Shown piece by piece: positions 56,025 through 64,000 of a stretch of DNA of 64,000 nt (within the stretch, counting starts at the first letter, position 1; each line of letters starts with the position of its first letter). The DNA comes from Eledone cirrhosa (lineage: Eukaryota): positions 11,656,001 to 11,720,000 of the forward strand of contig OZ024764.1 in the NCBI GenBank assembly GCA_964016885.1. The letters run 5' to 3'. The notes beneath the pieces were generated by a model. It had not been told where the DNA came from and made no database searches. It saw nothing but the letters and a program-made list of their open reading frames with translations. Made by a program: the position numbers and the translations under genes.

Positions 56025-58940
56025 ATGTTATGTGAGATATTATGTGAGGTAAAGCCTTTACTGTGAAAATACAATAGTATATATAGAGTAATGTAAATGT
56101 TATGTGAGATATTATGTGAGATAAAGCCTTTACTGTGAAAATACAATAGTATATATAGAGTAATGTAAATGTTATGTGAGATATTATGTGAGGTAAAGCC
56201 TTTACTGTGAAAATACAATAGTATATATAGAGTAATGTAAATGTTATGTGAGATATTATGTGAGGTAAAGCCTTTACTGTGAAAATACAATAGTATATAT
56301 AGAGTAATGTAAATGTTATGTGAGACATTATGAGGTAAAGCCTTTACTGTGAAAATACAATAGTTTATATAGAGTAATGTAAATGTTATGTGAGGTATTA
56401 TGTGAGGTAAAGCCTTTACTGTGAAAATACAATAGTATATATAGAGTAATGTAAATGTTATGTGAGGTATTATGTGAGGTAAAGCCTTTACTGTGAAAAT
56501 ACAATAGTATATATAGAGTAATGTAAATGTTATGGGAGATATTATGTGAGGTAAAGCCTTTACTGTGAAAATACAATAGTATATATAGAGTAATGTAAAT
56601 GTTATGTGAGGTATTATGTGAGGTAAAGCCTTTACTGTGAAAATACAATAGTATATATAGAGTAATGTAAATGTTATGGGAGATATTATGTGAGGTAAAG
56701 CCTTTACTGTGAAAATACAATAGTATATATAGAGTAATGTAAATGTTATGTGAGGTATTATGTGAGGTAGAGCCTTTACTGTGAAAATACAATAGTATAT
56801 ATAGAGTAATGTAAATGTTATGTGAGATATTATGTGAGGTAAAGCCTTTACTGTGAAAATACAATAGTATATATAGAGTTATGTAAATGTTATGTGAGGT
56901 ATTATGTGAGGTAAAGCCTTTACTGTGATAATACAATAGTATATATAGAGTAATGTAAATGTTATGTGAGATATTATGTGAGGTAAAGCCTTTACTGTGA
57001 CAATACAATAGTATATATAGAGTAATGTAAATGTTATGTGAGGTATTATGTGAGGTAAAGCCTTTACTGTGACAATACAATAGTATATATAGAGTAATGT
57101 AAATGTTATGTGGGATATTATGTGAGGTAAAGCCTTTACTGTGGAAATACAATAGTATATATAGAGTAATGTAAATGTTATGTGAGATATTATGTGAGGT
57201 AAAGCCTTTACTGTGACAATACAATAGTATATATAGAGTAATGTAAATGTTATGTGGGATATTATGTGAGGTAAAGCCTTTACTGTGGAAATACAATAGT
57301 ATATATAGAGTAATGTAAATGTTATGTGAGATATTATGTGAGGTAAAGCCTTTACTGTGACAATACAATAGTATATATAGAGTAATGTAAATGTTATGTG
57401 AGATATTATGTGAGGTAAAGCCTTTACTGTGACAATACAATAGTATATATAGAGTAATGTAAATGTTATGTGAGATATTATGTGAGGTAAAGCCTTTACT
57501 GTGACAATACAATAGTATATATAGAGTAATGTAAATGTTATGTGAGATATTATGTGAGGTAAAGCCTTTACTGTGACAATACAATAGTATATATAGAGTA
57601 ATGTAAATGTTATGTGAGATATTATGTGAGGTAAAGCCTTTACTGTGACAATACAATAGTATATATAGAGTAATGTAAATGTTATGTGAGATATTATGTG
57701 AGGTAAAGCCTTTACTGTGACAATACAATAGTATATATAGAGTAATGTAAATGTTATGTGAGATATTATGTGAGGTAAAGCCTTTACTGTGACAATACAA
57801 TAGTATATATAGAGTAATGTAAATGTTATGTGGGATATTATGTGAGGTAAAGCCTTTACTGTGGAAATACAATAGTATATATAGAGTAATGTAAATGTTA
57901 TGTGAGGTAAAGCCTTTACTGTGACAATACAATAGTATATATAGAGTAATGTAAATGTTATGTGAGATATTATGTGAGGTAAAGCCTTTACTGTGACAAT
58001 ACAATAGTATATATAGAGTAATGTAAATGTTATGTGAGATATTATGTGAGGTAAAGCCTTTACTGTGACAATACAATAGTATATATAGAGTAATGTAAAT
58101 GTTATGTGAGATATTATGTGAGGTAAAGCCTTTACTGTGACAATACAATAGTATATATAGAGTAATGTAAATGTTATGTGGGATATTATGTGAGGTAAAG
58201 CCTTTACTGTGGAAATACAATAGTATATATAGAGTAATGTAAATGTTATGTGAGGTAAAGCCTTTACTGTGACAATACAATAGTATATATAGAGTAATGT
58301 AAATGTTATGTGAGATATTATGTGAGGTAAAGCCTTTACTGTGACAATACAATAGTATATATAGAGTAATGTAAATGTTATGTGAGATATTATGTGAGGT
58401 AAAGCCTTTACTGTGACAATACAATAGTATATATAGAGTAATGTAAATGTTATGTGGGATATTATGTGAGGTAAAGCCTTTACTGTGGAAATACAATAGT
58501 ATATATAGAGTAATGTAAATGTTATGTGAGGTAAAGCCTTTACTGTGACAATACAATAGTATATATAGAGTAATGTAAATGTTATGTGAGATATTATGTG
58601 AGGTAAAGCCTTTACTGTGACAATACAATAGTATATATAGAGTAATGTAAATGTTATGTGAGATATTATGTGAGGTAAAGCCTTTACTGTGACAATACAA
58701 TAGTATATATAGAGTAATGTAAATGTTATGTGAGATATTATGTGAGGTAAAGCCTTACTGTGAAAATACAATAGTATATATAGAGTAGTGTAAATGTTAT
58801 GTGAGATATTATGTGAGGTAAAGCCTTTACTGTGAAAATACAATAGTATATATAGAGTAATGTAAATGTTATGTGAGATATTATGTGAGGTAAAGCCTTT
58901 ACTGTGACAATACAATAGTATATATAGAGTAATGTAAATG
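56025..58940. repeat. 72/60-bp minisatellite, right part (~41 units)
   Basis: Same unit and orientation as 48965-50374; variant zones GTGAAAAT / GTGACAAT / GTGGAAAT. Confidence 0.95.
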
Positions 58941-59037
58941 CTAAAAGGTTAAGACAGATGAGATAAAATGTTGTTTTGTGATTGGTAGATCTATGACTGA
59001 TGACCTCTTCCTTGTGAGACATCTGTAGATGTGCTTT

Positions 59038-59480
59038 GTGTATCTAGGAGTACATTATCTAATGTTCACTATAGTAGTGAAAGTGGCTATAGTTGTTGTT
59101 TAGCCCCAGGTCAGTCCTGATCCTGCAGATTTAGGATCAAAGATGTTCTTATAATATATTCAGACATAGTGTATCTAGGACTACATTATCTAATGTACAG
59201 TATAGTAGTTAATATTAGTATCTATAGTTGCTGTTTAGCCCTAGGTCAATCCTGATCCAGTAAACCTATGATCAAAGATGTTCCAGCTGTGACCACAGTA
59301 TATCTAGGACTACATTATCTAGTTGTACATTAGATAATAGTTAGTATAGTAGTTAGTATTAGTGGCTATGGTTGTTGTTTAGCCCCAGGTCAGTCCTGAT
59401 CCAGTAGACCTATGATCAAAGATGTTCCAGCTGTAACCATCCTGTCTTTTATTCAGTTATGTGTATTTAAGATTACACTA
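59038..59480. repeat. About 3 degenerate tandem copies of a ~130-bp repeat
   Basis: GTATCTAGGACTACATTATCTA...GTTGTTTAGCCCCAGGTCAGTCCTGATCC...GATCAAAGATGTTC recurs. Confidence 0.7.
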
Positions 59481-59628
59481 ATATCGACTGAGACCTTCCA
59501 TTTTATATGAATTTACAGTGGGATTTCATGAAAATTTGGCTGCTATTTCTAGCTAGGCTATCAAATATAAAACGCTCCCCCTTTAAACTCATTTGCTTGC
59601 TAGTAATAACAAGATATACCTTAATGTC

Positions 59629-59629
<1 letters not shown>

Positions 59630-59685
<56 letters not shown>

Positions 59686-59876
59686 GTGTGTGTGTATATT
59701 TATGTATGTATATGTATGTATCTATATATATATATATGTGTTTATTTATGTGTATATATATATATATGTGTGTGTGTGTATATTTATGTATGTATGTGTA
59801 TATATATATATAAATATGTCTATATTTATGTATGTATGTGTGTATATATATATGTGTATATATTTATGTATGTATG

Positions 59877-59907
<31 letters not shown>

Positions 59908-60135
59908 ATTTAAGTATGTATGTGTATATATATATATATAAATGTGTATATTTATGTATGTATGTATATATATATATAAATATGTGTGTGTGTATATTTA
60001 TATATGTATATATATACATATATGTGTGTATATATATATGTGTGTATATTTATGTATATATATATATATAATAATACTATTTATGTATGTATGTGTGTAT
60101 ATATATATGTGTATATATTTATGTATGTATGTATG

Positions 60136-60168
<33 letters not shown>

Positions 60169-60209
60169 ATTTAAGTATATATGTGTATATATTTATGTAT
60201 GTATGTATG

Positions 60210-60242
<33 letters not shown>

Positions 60243-60665
60243 ATTTAAGTATGTATGTGTATATATATATATATATATAAATGTGTATATTTATGTATGT
60301 ATGTATATATATATATATGTGTGTGTGTATATTTATATATGTATATATATACATATATGTGTGTATATATATGTGTGTGTATATTTATGTATATATATAA
60401 TAATACTATTAATGTATGTATGTGTGTATATATATATATGTGTATATATTTATGTATGTATGTATGTATATATATATGTGTGTGTGTGTGTGTATTTAAG
60501 TATGTATGTGTATATATGTATATATATATATAAATGTGTATATTTATGTATGTATATATATATATAAATATGTGTGTGTGTATATTTATATATGTATATA
60601 TATACATATATGTGTGTATATATATATGTGTGTATATTTATGTATATATATATATATATATATAA
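59630..60665. repeat. Compound (CA)n/(TA)n/(TATG)n microsatellite
   Basis: Directly visible. Confidence 0.9.
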
Positions 60666-60794
60666 TAATACTATTTATAGTTATGTATATAGTATAAATA
60701 ACTATAAACAGGAAGGTCAGTAATTTCTTAATTACCTTATTACCAGTAAGAGAAATAGCTCAATGTATGAACATCAGTTGTTTTACAGAGTAGG

Positions 60795-61566
60795 TAAATA
60801 AATAAATTATACAATTATCAAAGTTGTGTTCAAATCATTTAATAGCTGGCAATCATTTCTTCCAAACTCTCGGTTGGAGTCATCAGAGCATTATCAATGT
60901 TTGCACATATAATTACCCTCCTATTCAACTGAACAATAATATAGATACATATAAATTGATGTTGTGAGCAACAGTTTCGTATTTACAGGGTGGAATGGAT
61001 GTGACATATATTTTACGAGAATTGTACAATAATTGTAGAATCATTCAAGTTCAAATTTAAATTCAAATTAAATTAAAATCAAAATCAAAAGCACAGAGTG
61101 GAATACATGCAACAGTTAAAACAAGGGAATAGTCCAAACATTAAAGAGGCATATGATTTGTTATTGCACTCTTCCTTTCTCAAAAGTTCTTCCTCAATGC
61201 CTCTTTAATGTTTGGACTATTCCCTTGTTTTAACTGTTGCATGTATTCCACTCTGTGCTTTTGATTTTGCTTTTGATTTTAATTTAATTTGAATTTGAAT
61301 TTAAATTTGAACTTGAATGTTTGTACAATTATTGTACAATTCTCGTAAAATATATGTCACATCCATTCCACCCTGTAAATACGAAACTGTTGCTCACAAC
61401 ATCAATTTATATGTATCTATATTATTGTTCAGTTGAATAGGAGGTTAATTATCTGTGCAAACATTGATAATGCTCTGATGATTCCAAACGAGAGTTTGGA
61501 AGAAACGATTGTCAGCTATTAAATTATTTGAACACAACTTTGATAATTGTATAATTTATTTATTTA
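60795..61566. mobile_element. ~360-bp inverted repeat with a 44-bp spacer; inverted Penelope-like pLTR pair
   Basis: 60795-61152 is the near-perfect reverse complement of 61197-61566; each arm carries a hammerhead motif. Confidence 0.85.
61472..61516 (+). ncRNA. Minimal type-I hammerhead ribozyme, core intact
   Basis: GCT-CTGATGA-TTCCAAAC gaga GTTTGGAA-GAAAC-GATT-GTC-AGC; perfect 8-bp stem II with a GNRA loop; GUC triplet. Confidence 0.85.
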
Positions 61567-61567
61567 T

Positions 61568-61636
<69 letters not shown>

Positions 61637-61844
61637 GTATATATACATGTATGTGTGTTTTTAGACTCATAATTATACATTGACACAAATTTTTATGCGT
61701 GCACCTATAAACTTCTGATTATATATACACATGCAATTAGGGTTTATAACATTATTCATATACACACTCACAAACACACCAATATATATATATATATGCA
61801 GGTGTGTGTGTAAATATCATATTTATTCATATATTTCATTATTT

Positions 61845-62345
61845 ATACATACATACATCATACATACATACATACATACATACATACATACATACATACA
61901 TACATACATACATACATACATACATACATCATACATACATACATACATCATACATACATACATACATACATACATACATACATACATACATACATACATC
62001 ATACATACATCAATCATACATACATGCATGCATGCATGCATGCATACATACATACATACATGCATCATGCATACATGCATACATACATACATACATACAT
62101 ACATACATCATACATACATCATACATACATACATGCATACATACATGCATACATACATACATACATACAAACATACCTACACGCATACCTACATACACAC
62201 ATACATACATACACACATACACACATACATACATACATACATACATCATACATACATACACACACACACACATACCTACATACATACATACACACACACC
62301 TACATACACACATACCTACATACACACATACATACATACATACAT
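61845..62345. repeat. (CATA)n microsatellite
   Basis: Directly visible. Confidence 0.95.
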
Positions 62346-62645
62346 CAATCAATCATACATGCAAGTGTATATGTATGTATACATGTATATATATATAGAG
62401 ATATACACACACATCAAAGATCCATTACTGCCACAATATATATATATATAACCCTACAACTGTAATATACCATCAATAATTAACAATATGCAATCAAAGA
62501 ACATTTTTAATTAACAATTAATTATCGTTATCGTTTGCAATCTGATGTGTATCTCATATTTGCTATTTCGTTGTTAGCTTCAAACACTTCTGTCTGTCTG
62601 TTTGTCCCCATCTTTCTTTGTGTATATACACATATATATTATTAC

Positions 62646-62678
<33 letters not shown>

Positions 62679-62679
62679 T

Positions 62680-63268
62680 GTCCCGCCAAGGTTAACTTTG
62701 CCTTTCATCCTTACGGGGTCGATAGAATAAAGTACCAGTAATACACTGGGGTAATTGCTGGCCTTGTGCCTAAAGTAGAAACAATTATTTGGTAGAGCAT
62801 CAGGCACCATGCTTTGCAGCATAGTGCTATGGCCCTTTACGTTCTGAGTCCAAATTGGCAGTATCGGTAGGGGGTAGGACACTATGCTTTGTGGCATGGA
62901 GTTACGTCCCTTTACGGTCTGAGTTCAAATCCCGCCGAGGTTAACTTTGCCTTTCATCCTTATGGGGTCGATAAAATAAAGTACCAGTAATGCACTGGGG
63001 TAATTGCTGGCCTTGTGCCAAAAGTAGAAACAATTATTAAAAGGGTTGGCGGTGGATTGGCAGTACTGGTTGAGCATCAGACACCATGCTTTGCAGCATA
63101 GAGTTACGGCCCTTGCCATTCTGAGTTCAAATCCCGCCGAGGTTAACTTTGCCTGTCATCCTTACGGGGTCGATAAAATAAAGTACCAGTAATGTACTGG
63201 GTCGATTTAATCGACTCCCCCCTCCCCCAATTGCTGGCCTTGTGCCTAAAGTAGAAACAATTATTATT
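62680..63268 (+). mobile_element. Tandem SINE family A copies
   Basis: GGTTAACTTTGCCTTTCATCCTTACGGGGTCGATA-like block occurs three times. Confidence 0.85.
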
Positions 63269-63269
63269 A

Positions 63270-63533
63270 TCAGCTGAATGCATCGTGACGATTTCCCCAC
63301 TGTCTTGCTTCAGCCAGGAAGGGCGGGCAGTTTTTATCTGTCTGGTGGCCATGGCGAAAGAGATCGTGTGGTGGACGCATTTGAAAGGGCTGGAGATGAG
63401 CACTTACCCCTTCGGTAATGCCCTGATTAACTTTTTCAAATTTCATTTAAAAAGGAAAATCAGGGTAAAGAGGGAAGTGCTTTCTTCCCAGCAATTTGTT
63501 GAAAGATGGGTGGGAGAGGCAAGCATGGTCTAA
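63270..63533 (+). pseudogene. Fragment of a diverged Tx1 ORF2 C-terminus
   Basis: EGRAVFICLVAMAKEIVWWTHLKGL...FFKFHLKRKIR aligns to EGEAVFLCVVAMAKEVVWWTRLKGL...FFKYHFKRRIR of ORF2. Confidence 0.9.
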
Positions 63534-63639
63534 AAAAATGTTTAGACTAGCTGAGGATCTGAATAAGGTGAAATATTTGTTCTCGGTATGGTGAACTAAC
63601 TGTTGTGGAACTACTTCTATATACATATATATATATATA

Positions 63640-63790
63640 TCATCATCATTTTACGTCCGCTTTTCCCTGCTTGCAAGGGTGGGACAGGTCCTATTCAGCA
63701 CAGCATCTCTCCACTTATCACGCTCCTTCGTCATCTCCACCGTGAGTTTCAGTGATCTGAGGTCTGCTCTCACCACCTCCGCCCATGTTT
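63640..63790 (-). mobile_element. RTE LINE 3' end fragment
   Basis: Reverse complement of the 19620-19780 type end. Confidence 0.8.
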
Positions 63791-63918
63791 TAGGAATTTA
63801 TAAATTTCCGGTTGGTTGGATGTAACACATGCGCAAACTAAGCACACAACACACACAAAAACAAGATGGCGTAGGACAGAACAAAGGAGAGGCACAAAAA
63901 CAAAGAAAAGAATCCCCA

Positions 63919-63961
63919 GTCACTGAAGAGGTCACAGAATGTGTGACGAAAGAACTTTGAC
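63919..63961 (+). ncRNA. Minimal hammerhead ribozyme motif within pLTR-like repeat 63789-64000
   Basis: GTCA-CTGAAGA-G-GTCACA gaatg TGTGAC-GAAAG-AA-CTT-TGAC; stem I GTCA/TGAC. Confidence 0.65.
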
Positions 63962-64000
63962 AATATATGAACAATCGTCTGGCTGTGGAACCAACCAACC

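Larger units (their letters stand above)
48803..58952. mobile_element. piggyBac-type non-autonomous element (TTAA ends, ~14-bp TIRs) inflated by a satellite and a LINE
   Basis: Left end TTAA-CCCTTTAGCATTTA (48803); right end TAAATGCTAAAAGG-TTAA (58952); 13/14 TIR match. Confidence 0.75.

Noticed and set aside
56328-58915. 790-aa and 678-aa ORFs (also 49493-50392 and 25761-26350)
   Set aside because: They are translations of the 72/60-bp satellite (24/20-aa period), open in two frames only because the unit length is divisible by 3.
63545-63590. CTGAGGA...GAAAT hammerhead-like motif (also partial motifs at ~20665-20705, 21735-21765 and 44898)
   Set aside because: The stems are too weak or half of the core is missing.

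Overview
This is an AT-rich, repeat-saturated eukaryotic intergenic or intronic window with no recognisable host gene. From recall, not a search, the SINE and MITE repertoire resembles that of octopod cephalopods. Nearly all ORFs in the track are microsatellite or minisatellite artefacts. The only real long coding unit is an apparently full-length Tx1/L1-clade LINE (50375-56024, minus strand), with an ORF1 carrying a CCHC knuckle and an intact 1145-aa APE-RT ORF2. It sits inside a 72/60-bp tandem array, which in turn lies between the TTAA-flanked terminal inverted repeats of a piggyBac-type MITE (48803-58952). The rest is microsatellites, two tRNA-derived SINE families, RTE, CR1 and RLE LINE fragments, and several minisatellites visibly amplified from pieces of these elements. 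The least obvious signal is about a dozen minimal type-I hammerhead ribozyme motifs from several unrelated families, typical of Penelope-like pseudo-LTRs. They are mostly next to (TA)n, several lie inside inverted repeats, and there is also a family of palindromes that look like hammerhead 3' halves folded back at stem II. All alignments and folds were done by eye.
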